Assembly (NCBI GenBank): GCA_977017575.1
Contig: CDRNVI010000054.1
Span: 726,496-790,495, forward strand
Length of the DNA: 64,000 nucleotides
DNA from: Paramoeba atlantica
Taxonomy: Eukaryota; Protista; Discosea
Direction of reading: 5' to 3'
The number at the start of each line of letters is the position of its first letter. Position 1 is the first letter of the stretch. The notes beneath the pieces were generated by a model. That model was given only the letters and a program-made list of their open reading frames with translations. It ran no database searches and had not been told where the DNA came from. The position numbers and the translations under genes were made by a program. Below are positions 48,541-60,700 of the stretch, piece after piece.

Positions 48541-50092
48541 CAGGGGTGCGGGTCTAAAGGTGGGGGGGGTCTAAAATTCGTAAAAGTTGTCCAATTTTGG
48601 AAAATAATAGGGCATTGGATAGCTCTCACAGAGTTGTATGTTTTAGGCGAATTAAAATCCTGCGATTTTAACGTACATATTTTTTAATACCATATTTCGC
48701 TTTTTTCCTCTGCAGAAAATACATTTTTTACTAGAAAATGCCCCAAAAGCGCGCTCGCTCGACGACTTCCCGTGGAGTACTGAGCGATAGATCGTATTCT
48801 TCCCCCGCCCCCGTCAAAGAGAGCCACCGCATGCTTTTGGTGGCGGAATACGAGCGCACAGGATCGTACTCCGCTACGGCGCAGCACTTTGGTGTTCATG
48901 AGAACACTGTAAAACGTTGGGTTGAACGTTTTACCCTTACGGGTGACGTGTTAACGGCATCCCGAGAGCGTGTTTCGACGGTGTTTACCCCTGCGTTCCT
49001 GGATGTGGCTCTTAAGCTTGTCGAAGAGGGGTATCGCGACCTTGTTTACAGCGTAGAGAGCTGGAGCGATCTTCTGCGAGAGATCCGTAGCCAAGGATTC
49101 ACCTGCAGTCGACGGACCCTAGTCGACACATTGAAGAAGCAAGGCGTTGTGCTCCGCACTCTTCGGCGACGACCATCACTCACACTCGAACACAAGGAGA
49201 AACGGTTGCAATTTTGTAAGGCGATGCTCGAGAAGAGCGACATTTAACTTCTACATTTTGATTATTGTGACGAAAAGAAGTTTACTTGCGGTCGTGGGCG
49301 TTCCGGGCGAACTTACCTTTGTCGAAGGACGGACCCCCATAAGGAGCAACGAGGCGAGCTAGAATCATGGTACGGCGGAAATGGGATTAATAATCCCAAA
49401 TTATGGTTTGGATGGGTGTTAGCCTCAAACACGGCTTCCATCTTCATATTTTCCCTCCTCGAAATTCAGAAGGCCAGAAACTCACCGTTACGGGTGAAAT
49501 TTTTGATCAGGCTATGAAAAAGCCACGGGGCTTTCTTCAATATCTAAAGCGACATCCAGCGGCCACGATTGCCATGGACAACTGCCCGGCCCACAACAAG
49601 GCGCGTGCCACGTTCCGTGATACAGGAATTTCCGTTCTTCCCTGGCCTGCAAAATCTCCAGACCTGAATCCGATCGAAAATTTGTGGTCTGTAATGGACA
49701 CAGACAAAAATCTTCTTCGACCCCGAAATCGACAGCAAATGGAAGCCGCTATTGAGGGGTCTTTCCTTAATTTGAAACAGACCCACTCTGCAACGGTTCA
49801 GAAAACGTTGAAGAGCTTCAGGAAGCGTTTTGAAATTGTTATTAGTCGGAACGGGGGGCACTGTGGTTACTAATTGTCTTTTGCAATCCAAAATACAGAA
49901 ATTATTGACACCACTAAAGTATTGCAATATGTGTTTTTGACCCTTACATGAAAGGGGGGTACCCCCCAAACCCCGGAAGCTACCTATCCTAAAACATACA
50001 ACTCTGTGAGAGCTATCTAATGCGCTATTATTTTCCAAAATTGGACAACTTTTACGAATTTTAGACCCCCCCACCTTTAGATTCGCATCCTG
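48541..50092 (+). mobile_element. Tc1-like (IS630-Tc1-mariner) element with a pseudogenised transposase
   Basis: ~105-bp TIRs (48541-48647 and 49988-50092). ORFs 48738-49247 and 49403-49873 are joined through one TAA and one frameshift. Motifs CDEKKF, MDNCPAH and SPDLNPIE. Confidence 0.9.
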
Positions 50093-50151
50093 CATATTTA
50101 TAGTATTTGAAAAAAAAAATATAGTACTACAGTGGTGTTCAGCGTCTTATA

Positions 50152-50914
50152 CAGGGGGTGGCACGAAAATATGGGGGGGTCAAAGTTTTTATAACTTGTC
50201 CAATTTTGGAAAGTAGCACCGCATTCGAGAGCTCTGGCGGAGATACGCGTCACCTGATATTGCGTTTCCCGTATCCAGGGGGCTAGGTCCCTATGCCAAA
50301 GGGGTTGAATACAGCAATTGCAAGTTTGAAATTTTGAAAAATATGTCATTTAATATCCACAATGACCTTCATTTTTGGTAACGTAATCTTAATACGAGTT
50401 CGAACAGTCTTCAAAGTGTCTAAAAATGTTTTGTTCTGTTCTCCTTTCAACAATTCAACACCAGATGCGATCGCCGATCGCAATTCTGACCAATTTGTGG
50501 GGCATAATGAGCTTTTGTGGGCATCAATTATTTTTGATCCAGTTTCTTCATAGTTATTTACTAAAAGTATGCAGTAGGTGACTTTAAGCTGTCCACGAAG
50601 ACTGTAGCAATGCCGATCACGGTGCTGTACACCCCTGTTATTGGAATAAGTCCGTTCCTGTGGCGTAACGCAGCGGAAAGGTCAAAAAATAGAAGGAAAA
50701 TACCTAAAATTTTGAAAAAAATCGATGAAATTGATGAAAAAAACAAGTTCCAAAAATGTATTTTTTTGTCCAAAATAATAAATTTTAAAAACACGGGAAA
50801 CGCAATAGTAGGTGACACGTATCTCTGCGAGAGCTCTTGAATGGGGTGCTACTTTCCAAAATTGGATAATTTATACGATTTTTGACCCCCCCCATATTTT
50901 CGTGCCACCCCATG
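50152..50914. mobile_element. Tc1-family MITE
   Basis: ~100-bp TIRs CAGGGGGTGGCACGAAAATATGGGGGGGTCAAA / TTTGACCCCCCCCATATTTTCGTGCCACCCC, TA-flanked. Confidence 0.8.
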
Positions 50915-53045
50915 TAGTACTATATAGTATTATAAATCTATAAAAATCTATAACAGGAAAAATGTTCAAAAACGTTTTAATGCTCTTGTGCTTTTTCTTC
51001 TTGTGCTTTTTCCGCCAAAGGAAAAAAAGAAGCTACAAGGCCTCTCTTTTGAGGAGAAAAATCATCCAAACCCGCCAAAAATCCCTCAAAAAATTATAGA
51101 TTTTTATATATACTGTCCCCCCCACAGAAGCGCAACCAGGTTTTGGCCTAAAATTGCGCATAAGTAGCCGGGTCAAAAAAAGGGGTGAAAAAAAAATTTC
51201 GCGCTGCTTCGCGGCCCGTGCTTCAATCATGAGTTATATACGCGGGGTGCCCTTGGGGGCTGTTTTTTATATACTATCCCCCCTATCCTAGCGTGCCCTT
51301 GCTGGGATGAAGTGCAACGCTAGGAGGGGGGCAAAAACTGGGGCCGAAGAATTGCTAAGCCGAAGATGTTGTGGGATTACTGAGGAAGATTTTCAAAAAA
51401 ATCGCTGTTTAGGGTACATTTTTACCATAGCTTCGCAACAAGAGAAAGTCTAGAAAGCAACGCTAATGAGGGGGGCTACCGAGGCAACGATAGGATAGGG
51501 GGGATAGTACTGTACCCCCTTAGTTATCTGTCACAACTTTTCGTGGAAAGGTTTAAAGATTTTTTTGTAAAACAATAGCTATGAAAGTGACAGATAACTA
51601 GGGGGAGTAATTGACGAAAAAAAATTGAAGGACCGAAAAGTGGCAGATAACTAGGGGGGTGACGTGTGAGAGATATTTAGGGAGGAGGTACAGTACTTCA
51701 CTTGTATGGTTACGTATGCCCGCGAATGACCACATCACGGGGTGAGTGGCTTTTTTTCGAGAACCCGATCAATTGTAGGAAAAGAACGGACTTTTAAGAG
51801 CATGGGTCCGAAATATAAATTAAAGTTTAGTTTTTGATGCACTTGTAGTGCAGTTACCCACGTTGTCTTTACCCGCCCCACATCTAGACGGTGCCGCACG
51901 CTGGTGCGCTGATCATTTCAAAAGCGTACAGTACGTGGCAGGAGAGTTCCTCTGATGTACAGTACAGTATAGTATGCAAAGACTAGCCGTACAGATCGGT
52001 GGAGGTCAGTGTGGATCAGAAGAGATCGCTGGAGATCGATGAAGATCATTTTTGAACGCCCAAAGGGACTACCTGCAGACTCTCCATTTCAACAGCGGCG
52101 AAAATTGGTACAAAAATTCGTACCACAAAAACAATATCGCGCCGCTTTGCGGCGCTGTTCTTCTTAACGATGCGTCAAAATTGCGCTTAAGTGGCCGGGT
52201 CAAACGGTTGCGCATAAGTAGGGGGGGATAGTAGTATTGAAAATTTATAATACTACACTGTATATACTACACTGTATATAGTACTATAATTATAGATTTT
52301 GTAGATTTTCAGACCCCTGATAGAAAGCAGGATAAAACACTTGTGCCCTACATGTAGTAAATAATATGTATCGTGCGGTGTTCAAGGCGTAGTGCAGAGA
52401 TGTGTTAACGCATGGAGATCATTGTGAGGCTTAGACACCTATTGCTCCTCCAGAATAGCACATTAACGACATTATAAAACTAGTTTGCAGTTTAAATACA
52501 CACATAGGTGTTAAAACTACAGTACATCATACATGTATGGGTCAGTCGAAACGGGAGAAAACAATTCCCTACAAACGGTATCGATACTGTTTCTGTAATT
52601 ACAGGCCTACAGTTTGCGTGCTAGTACCTCCGTTAGAGGTATGCCTATACAAGGACCCCCCCCATTTTCTTGAAAATTTGGTACCTCCCTACGGAATTGT
52701 TCTTTTCCCCGAAAAGCGGTGACAATTACCGTCCTCTTTCTAGTTACTTGTCCTCTTTAGCCCAAAGTCTGGGTTTTCTGGATAATTACCGTACATGGAT
52801 CGAAAAATCAGCTCAAAGGGCCGACTTGTCTAAAAAACATTAGGTAATTAGGTAAGTAGGGGGGGGGGTACGCAATGCACAATTAGGGGAAAGTCAAGGA
52901 ACATTGCGCAAGTCAAGGATATTGCTTAATCAGTAAATTGTGTTATTTCCTTTTTTTCATGCCTCAGCGTCGCGCGCACGGGTTTCGTGAGTAAAGCATC
53001 ATGGAACACCTTTTTAGCCTTGCCACCTGCAGCCCTTCAAATTAA

Positions 53046-53154
53046 TTCTTTTTTAGGCTCTTCGTTAAACGCGGTGGTTGTTTGTCAACTTAGAAGTCAC
53101 TCATGCTGCGCGCTTCGCGTTAAAAATTATAACCACGTTTAACGAGGAACCTAA
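53046..53154. mobile_element. ~110-bp MITE, right end truncated
   Basis: Same family as 31588-31695. Confidence 0.75.
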
Positions 53155-53828
53155 CGACACGGCACTGACTTTGGATGGACGAGATATTCCAGTCACATTA
53201 GAACTACTCGTTGAAAGTGTCGTGTCGGATGAGTTCGTTTCTCTCCTGGCTTTCTTTCTTAACGGTTCCGTTACATCGGCCGAGAGCATAGAGACAATCA
53301 TAATTATGAATATAAATCAAGAAAAAAGAAAATTTCAGAGAAAAAGACGTAAAAATGCATTTTGTTTTTTTAACACAGATTTCTGTCGGGCCAAATATTT
53401 TCGAGTTAACACAGATTAATATCATACAGATTAATGTTCTCCAGATTAGTATTACACAGACAAATGTCCCCCCTGTATACCATTTATATAGCATTATAGA
53501 ACATAAAGCTCCCAGATAAGGTAGCGCGGGATGAGCATTACGTTAATCTACACGAACATGCCCAGATAAGGGACTTCGAACGTCAACGCGGTGGTGTTGA
53601 AATTGAGTTGCAAAAACTTTGGTAAAAGAATGAGAAGAGGGGACTCTCGACATAGCCGCGGAGCTTTGTCCCAAATTGCAGACGCCATCAGCGAAGAACG
53701 GAAGCTACAAGAAGACTACAGGCGCACAAAGAAGTTGTATTCAGAAACGAGAGTCCAATCATGGACTGAGATGTTTGACCCGGACTGTATAGAGGTGGAT
53801 GAATCGAGCGCAGGGAAGTTGTAGAGTA
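53152..53828. repeat. Segmental duplicate of 61289-61993, including the LRR gene 5' end and upstream region
   Basis: About 680 bp of high identity, encoding the same MIVSMLSADVTEPLRKKARR N-terminus. Confidence 0.9.
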
Positions 53829-54143
53829 TGCCGCGGGGATGATTTTCCATCCTCCACACCTGGGTGTGACCCCCCCTGGCCCGACAAGTTCGAAATTTTT
53901 GGGATGACGCAAAAAAAATATTATTGACCAAAAAAAGTAGAATTTTTTTCACGAAGCTTGTGTCATACTAATAAACAAGAAAGTGTTAATAAACAAGAAA
54001 CGATTCTACGACGACGTCTTAAAGACTCAAGATTGATTTTCGATAGTGTACACCTCCAGAAATGAAGTGCCCTATCTTCGCCCATATCAAAGCCTATGTT
54101 GAAGAGTTTTGTCTCTTCCCATACATGTAGTATATTCTATATA

Positions 54144-54854
54144 CAGGGGGGTAAATCAGATGCTGCGGGGGGTCTAAAAATTGCAAAACCCTTCCAATTT
54201 TGGAAGGTGATAGCGCATTCGAGAGCTCTCGCAGAGTTCTATGTTTTTGCGCTATTTTCACCCCAAAAGAAGGCAATTTTGTTTATTGTATTTTTTTTAA
54301 AGTTTTTTTGCCCCTCTATAATTTGTAGTTTTTCCCAAATTTGCTCATTTTTTCGTTTTCGGATAATGCTCCTTGCCACAATGGCAGTTTTAGAACCTTA
54401 AAAAAAACGAAGTCGTTGTTTTGGACTTTCCCCCAAAATCCCCAGATCTTAACCCCATTGAAAACATTTGGGAAATTATGAATGCCTTTATTAAAAATGG
54501 TACAAATCCAGAAAATAGGACTGAACTCTTGTTTTCTATTGAAAGAGCGGTTGATTACATTAAACCAGATGGTCATGACACGCTCATTAACACTTTAAAC
54601 AGCATGCCGCTGCGTTTCGACATAGTAGTAGAAAAGAAAGGAGAAAGTTGTAATTATTAGTCGTCTAAAACCTTTCTCACAATTTTTGCATTTTGACGTT
54701 TTTGGGCTTCTGGTCAGTTGAACACCCCCCTATACCCCGGGAAACTGCCTTTTCTAAAAGATAGAACGAGAGCTCTCGAATGCGCTATCATTTTCCAAAA
54801 TTGGAAAGGTTTTGCAATTTTTAGGCCCCCCGCAGCATCTGATTTACCTCCCTG
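54144..54854 (+). mobile_element. Internally deleted Tc1-like element
   Basis: ~90-bp TIRs CAGGGGGGTAAATCAGATGCTGCGGGGGG, with the remnant PPKSPDLNPIENIW. Confidence 0.85.
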
Positions 54855-54860
54855 TATATA

Positions 54861-56420
54861 CAGGGGTGGTCACGAAAAGAGTGGGGGGTCTAAAATTTGT
54901 ACCGTGCGAGCTTTTGACCTAATTCCTTCGGCATTCAACAGATCTTGAAATTTTAAGACTACGTGAGTTATAACTACTTAGGCATATAAGGTTGAGTGAT
55001 AATGGTGAGTCGGCAAAAAATAGGTTTTTTTGTTTTTTGCATATTTGGATTTTCTCATTATTTCATTATTGATCCCCCGTTTTTTTCTCGAAGAAGTCTG
55101 ATTCGGGACGGGAAGCTCGTCAAAGTATTATTATACGATGCTTTCATATCAGATAATAGATAATTAAGCGCTTTTGGAATTGCAGCTTGTAGTTCCTTAC
55201 GGTTTGTGGGGCGGAGAGTAAATTTTATGTGGTGATCCATCATGCTCCACAAATTTTCAATTAAATTTAAATCCGGCGACTTGGCAGGCCAATCAGGAAT
55301 GCTGATACCCATGTCTCTGCCGACGCGGCGAGCGTGATTATGGCCCGGAGCGTTATCCATGATCACTGTTGCCGCTGGTTTACGCTTTAACCAGTTGTAG
55401 AAACCATTTCGTTTTGTCATGGCAGAGAGAAACGTTTCATTAGTGACCGTCTCATTCTCCGCAAACTCATGAAAACAGTGAACCTTGGGAACCCCCCATT
55501 CAAGGCTCACCGCCATCCAAATATGAACCCCCTTTCCTCCGAAATATTTCTCAACATCTTTTGGTACCTCAAGGGGTTCATCTGACCTTTTGCAAATGTA
55601 CCAAATATTGCGTGAGTGGTACCCGCATTTAAAAATCTTTTCATTCGTCCACAGAATACGGGCGTATTGAAAAGGGGTGAACCTCTCCAAACGATTTGCC
55701 AACTCCAGGCGGTCGAATTTGTGCTGAGGCGTGAGATGAGGAACTTTCCTCATTTTTCTGCTTATGTACCCGCTCCTTTTCAGTGATCTTTTCACAGACG
55801 AAAGAGAGCATGGGTACTTGGTTTGATCGATCTGGCGGTGAACCCACCTCCAAGATGGACAGCCAATGGGACTACGTTGATTTTCTTCATCTACAATAGA
55901 TTCTAACATTATTCGAAACTCTTCATTATCAATCGCATTCTTACGTATGTATTTTATACGTTCTAACCCTCCTGTCTCCCGGTGGCGTTTAACCCATCGA
56001 GAGACAGTTGCTTCACTGCATTTCATAAGAGCAGCAGTGTCTGTAATCGAACGTCCCTGGTTTTGTACCTCATGGACGCAAATTACACGTGTTTCATAAG
56101 TGATTTGTTGCGTCGAGAGGGTGCGCCTCTGGCGGCGAAGTGTTTTCGGCATAAAAGATGTGTTAGAAAGAGTTAAGTGGTATTTTATTCATAGATTAAT
56201 GGGCTAAAATGATAAAAAATGATAAAAATCCGATTTTTTGCAGAATTTTCAGGTAAAAAATTCAGTAAAATTTTATCGTGACGTCTTATCAGCTTTGGGG
56301 GCGGCAACAATGGTGCCAGTAGTCTTAAAATTTCGAGATCTGTTGAATGCCGAAGGAATTAGGTCAAAAGCTCGCACGGTACAAATTTTAGACCCCCCAC
56401 CTTTTTCGTGATCCCCCCTG
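54861..56420 (-). mobile_element. Tc1-like element, structurally complete
   Basis: 102-bp TIRs (54861-54962 and 56319-56420), TA on both sides and an uninterrupted transposase ORF. Confidence 0.93.
55058..56152 (-). CDS. Tc1-like DDE transposase (364 aa); first catalytic D appears as N
   Basis: HTH N-terminus, WTNEK, MDNAPGH and WPAKSPDLNLIE. Confidence 0.88.
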   Translation of the reverse strand: MPKTLRRQRRTLSTQQITYETRVICVHEVQNQGRSITDTAALMKCSEATVSRWVKRHRETGGLERIKYIRKNAIDNEEFRIMLESIVDEENQRSPIGCPSWRWVHRQIDQTKYPCSLSSVKRSLKRSGYISRKMRKVPHLTPQHKFDRLELANRLERFTPFQYARILWTNEKIFKCGYHSRNIWYICKRSDEPLEVPKDVEKYFGGKGVHIWMAVSLEWGVPKVHCFHEFAENETVTNETFLSAMTKRNGFYNWLKRKPAATVIMDNAPGHNHARRVGRDMGISIPDWPAKSPDLNLIENLWSMMDHHIKFTLRPTNRKELQAAIPKALNYLLSDMKASYNNTLTSFPSRIRLLREKNGGSIMK

Positions 56421-56796
56421 TATAGGCGTGATATAGGCATGTTAAACCGTGCCCTCGTTTATATAAAATGGTTACAATCACGAGGGCAATGAGAAGTTAC
56501 ACCCCCGCCAAAAAGTATTGTAATTTACTAGTATCGACCACGAATTTTTGGTCGATACTAATAAATGCAATGCTTTTTGTCGATTTCCACGAGTTGCCAC
56601 TCACCTCCAAAAAGTTGCACATTATCATATCGGATCTGTGTAAACGTATAGTGAAGCATAAAAATGGGAGAGAAATCACTGCACTAGAGAAATTACGGGC
56701 GTGTCCTCAATTCCTATGGATGATTTACTAGCCAGAAAGGCTCAAAGCCTGGCACCGCTACGCGCCCCAGGCCCCATGGGGTAGACCAAAGAACTT

Positions 56797-57570
56797 TTGA
56801 CCCCAGTGTTAATGGACGACGGCCCACGTGACACAGTCACGTGGATTATTCATGGGATACTTATCAACTCTCTCCCTCCCTCAATGCGCGAGTCACTTAC
56901 GGGGGAATCTCTGAAACTCTTCACAAAGCCGGGTGCCCCAGCAGGACATCACTCCTCTTACCGCCCCATAGCCATGGGGGAATGCTTTCTGAAGGTGGCC
57001 GGACTTCTGGCCCTGGAGAAAGTAAGAGAGCATCTCCCCACCTTCTTCCAAGGACTTCAGTTCGGAGCGCGATACACCCAAGGGTGTGTATCTTATAATA
57101 CACCCAAGGGTGTGTCCTTTAGTACCTCCCTCGTCCACTGTAGCCTGGGTTACATAGCCATCGAGACATGCTCCCTAGGACTCCTTACGACCTGCTGTAC
57201 CTGTCCAGCAGAAGGTTGCACTCTTCCCTTGCTAAAGAACGGAGAGCACGCATTATTATGTAAAAAAGGACACGGTTTGATAGCTCGACACAACGCCCTG
57301 GCACACCAATTCACATCTTTCTGCAGTAAGGCCTTTCTTCAACCACAGAGAGAAACCACAGAGAGGGAAACCGTGGCCCAGGAGGCGCTCTCACTAGACC
57401 CGCGGACGTTTTTCTGCCCACTGGCTCTCTTGTGAAACGGGATCTGGCGAAAGGCATGGTATAGATTTTGCGGTCACACTTGCACAGCAAAAGACGTATT
57501 TGGACTCAGTCCGTACTGCTAGCTGGGTGGCACCAGGATCTTTTGCCGGGCATTAGGGGGGCGGCGGAAG
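56797..57570 (+). mobile_element. Internally deleted CRE-like retrotransposon fragment
   Basis: YRPIAMGE...GLQFG is joined to CPAEGC..HALLC..RHNAL. RPADVFLP..DFAVT follows in another frame. Confidence 0.85.
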
Positions 57571-58039
57571 GGGAGGCGGGGCGGGAGCGTGGCGGGTGGC
57601 GCGGCGGGAGCGTGGCGGGTGGCACTGCAGGAGCGTGGCGGGGAGCACGGTGGGAGAGCGCCGTGGGCTTCATTACTAAGGGCAACTTGAGTGGGACTTT
57701 CTTCAAGGCGATTAGAAATGGCAACAGCACGCTCGCGATGCTCTTCTGCAGAAGGCTTTTGTGGTCGACGAGTGTTGCTTGGCACAGGTGAATAAACTTC
57801 ATTTTCGGGATCCCTTTCAACTATTGGTTCAACTTCCAGACAGATAATAAGAAGTCAATAGCTAATAATTTTATTAATATGAGAGACACTACAGACACCG
57901 CTAAAGTTAATGACATATCCCTTAAATTTTGATGAAAGGGGACTTCTTTTCCTCCTAAAAAAATGAATTTTTTCCACGGTGGTTGCGCAGACAAAATTTC
58001 AGTTCGCCAATATCACAAAGCATGATGACGTATTGGCCG

Positions 58040-59400
58040 ACCAAACAGGACAACCCAACTTGGTCGAAACCACATTACCTGTTTCCAGAGACGCATTTTC
58101 TGATTCTTAAAAAACAACTGTAATATAACTTATCTAGTCTTATTTTGTGGTGCAAAAGGGATGATCGTAATCCTTGTGGTGCTCCTGTACCTTCGGAAAT
58201 TTCGTATAGATGCTCCAACATTTGGCAAACGTGTGTGGCCATAGGAGTATCCTTGCTTTCACTAAATTCCTTGAGTGCCGCATGTTCACTACATTCGCTC
58301 AAAAAAAAATTTCACTGCTTCTGAATGCATTGTGAGCCGTATTTAGTCAAGATTTTCTGACACCGCTTAATGGAATTAGAATCTCGTCGCCCTTTTTTTG
58401 CTTCTTCGATGAATAACTGAATAGTTTGCAAAAAGGTTTGCCAGAAATTCCATGGACGTGAACTTGTCGGAGCACCAGCGAGTAACCCCTCCAAGTTTCG
58501 GAGTAACGACGCCACGCTTCATGCGAGCACTGGTCATGGCGTTCAAAAATTTTGGACCACACTCTGAAAATATTCGATGTTTTTCCTGGAAATCGTTTTC
58601 CCCAAGGTTCAAAAGTTTCTCCTTCACTCCACTAACTTCCTGTGGTATCACTTGCTTGAGCACACAAAGTGTGCTTAACTTACTTCGTGCCTATGCGTCT
58701 GGCACCTTATTTTACATTCGTCAGATTTGAGTACAGAAACGCGGACGTACTCTTTTGAACGAGCTTCTCGTTCCTCAGATGCATTTATTACCCTCCTGTG
58801 AATCAGCAGGCTCTTCTTTAAACGTTTTATCGCATTTCTCTGTGCCTGCACAGTTCGATTTAGCGAACTAATTGTTTTTTTAAGAGTGGCTAAAGGTGTG
58901 GTTGAGTTAGAAGCCTCATTTTCGGAAGGGGGTTCCAACGAATCACCGGTAATCTCAAATGGCTCCATCACATGTACGTCCGGGGTTCTAAGGCGGGGGA
59001 TGCTAAAGTGGATGCTAAGTGATGTGATATACTCTGAGTGATTTCCAATAGATCTGCTTGAAAAGTATGGTCCGCTATGCACTTCGTTGAATGGTGCGTC
59101 TGTTGCGATTTTTGAAAAAGAAAGGGGAAAGTCATATCTTCGGAATCGCAACTTTCCGAACCGATACCTTCACCTACAACGAAAGCGATATCTGAACCAC
59201 TTTCGTGGTAGACAGATTCGCATTCTTCAGAATCCCCCGAAGTCGAGCAAGAGGAATCATACTCCGTTTCAGAAGCTTCCGAAGGTTCCCAGTCGGTATC
59301 CGTTGCGGAAGACGCGAAAAGACTCTCTGCAGAGAGACTTGAGTCCGTTTGTGACATTGAAAAATAAGAACAAATCACTGAAAGTAGATAATTTTCAGAT
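58040..59400 (-). pseudogene. Second hAT-like transposase relic
   Basis: TPKLGGVTRWCSDKFTSMEFLA matches SPKLGGVTRWLADKFESMRFLA at ~37150. Confidence 0.55.
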
Positions 59401-59699
59401 AAAATTTTGACATAAAAATTTCTCTGGTCAAGTACTGCAAAATGATGAATTCTGACTATTTTTCCGTTGTTATCCTAACGTATCCGAGTAACTACGAAAA
59501 AAAACTAGCTAAAAAGCTCCTTCCATGCTCTCAAAACTTTTGTAACATTTTTTCTGAACGGGGGTATACAGTATATCAGGACCCGACGTCAGTTTGTATT
59601 TACATACTGTTTACTTCAAGTTTATCACAATACGCTATACCTAGCTACATTTCTAACTTTTTTCGGGTTCCTTGCATTGTATGGATAATAGTTATTCAC

Positions 59700-59850
59700 C
59701 CCCACCACCCTTCCCTTCTCCCCTCCCTGCGAAACGTCGTTGTCCTTCATCACCACTCCCTTCTTCTCCCCTTCGTGCGAACAACCGTTCCCCACCATCA
59801 CCACCCCCCTCTTCCCTCACTGCGAACAGTCATTCCCCACCACCATCCCG
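59700..59850. repeat. Degenerate C-rich tandem repeat, ~45-50-bp unit, about three copies
   Basis: CACCAC..CCCTTC..CTGCGAA..GT recurs. Confidence 0.5.
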
Positions 59851-60700
59851 GTCGTCTCGCCCACGTCGCCTTGATGCTTGGGTTATAATATGCCCTCCTG
59901 ACCCACGAGTCGGTGCTTTATCAGACCCCATACCTTTGAATATCCGTATCACAACATCACTAGATCCCCATACCTTTGAATATCAGCATCCTGCGCTCAT
60001 CCTCCTAGCTTCAGACAATACTGTTGTAGGTCGGTGTATGGAAAAAGGCTACTCGGAACACGACCACTTATGAATTACCCGGAAGAAGATGTTAAAACTC
60101 GTTTGTCCAGCACTGTAATCTGCTTGCGATGGTCGCTGGCTCAATACATAGATAAGGCTGTGACGTTCGTACCACGCAATGAATTTCTTGTGGATGGTGG
60201 CCTTGATAACAAAAAAGATGGTAATTAAAGTCTGGCATCAAATAATAACAATAATAGAAATGAACTAAACGTTATCTGATCTCAAGGACCTGTCTACAGG
60301 TCCTACAAGGTCTAGGTGTGTATCCATGTACACACGCGACTACATGTACTCAGTAAGCGAGTATCACTCAAAATTAAGTGAGTCTCACTAAATCGATGTC
60401 TCACTTAATCAGATTGCTAAAAAGTACTTCACCGTGGATTTATCTGCATATCCATTTTCTTAATCACATGGCAGACACTATGGTCGACATGCTTCGCATG
60501 ATGTCCTACCTTTTCATGCCTACCCGAAAGAAAACAAATAATGTATTGCATAAGTTACTTATGTAAAATCGGGCCGTCTAATACTATAATATTCAAATTC
60601 CAATCAAAATAATATCCCACCGCAAAATTAACTATTTCTTTGTCAAGTATTTTTTGTATGCTGACGCTTTTCGTGCCTATTTCCCATTATAGAGATCACT

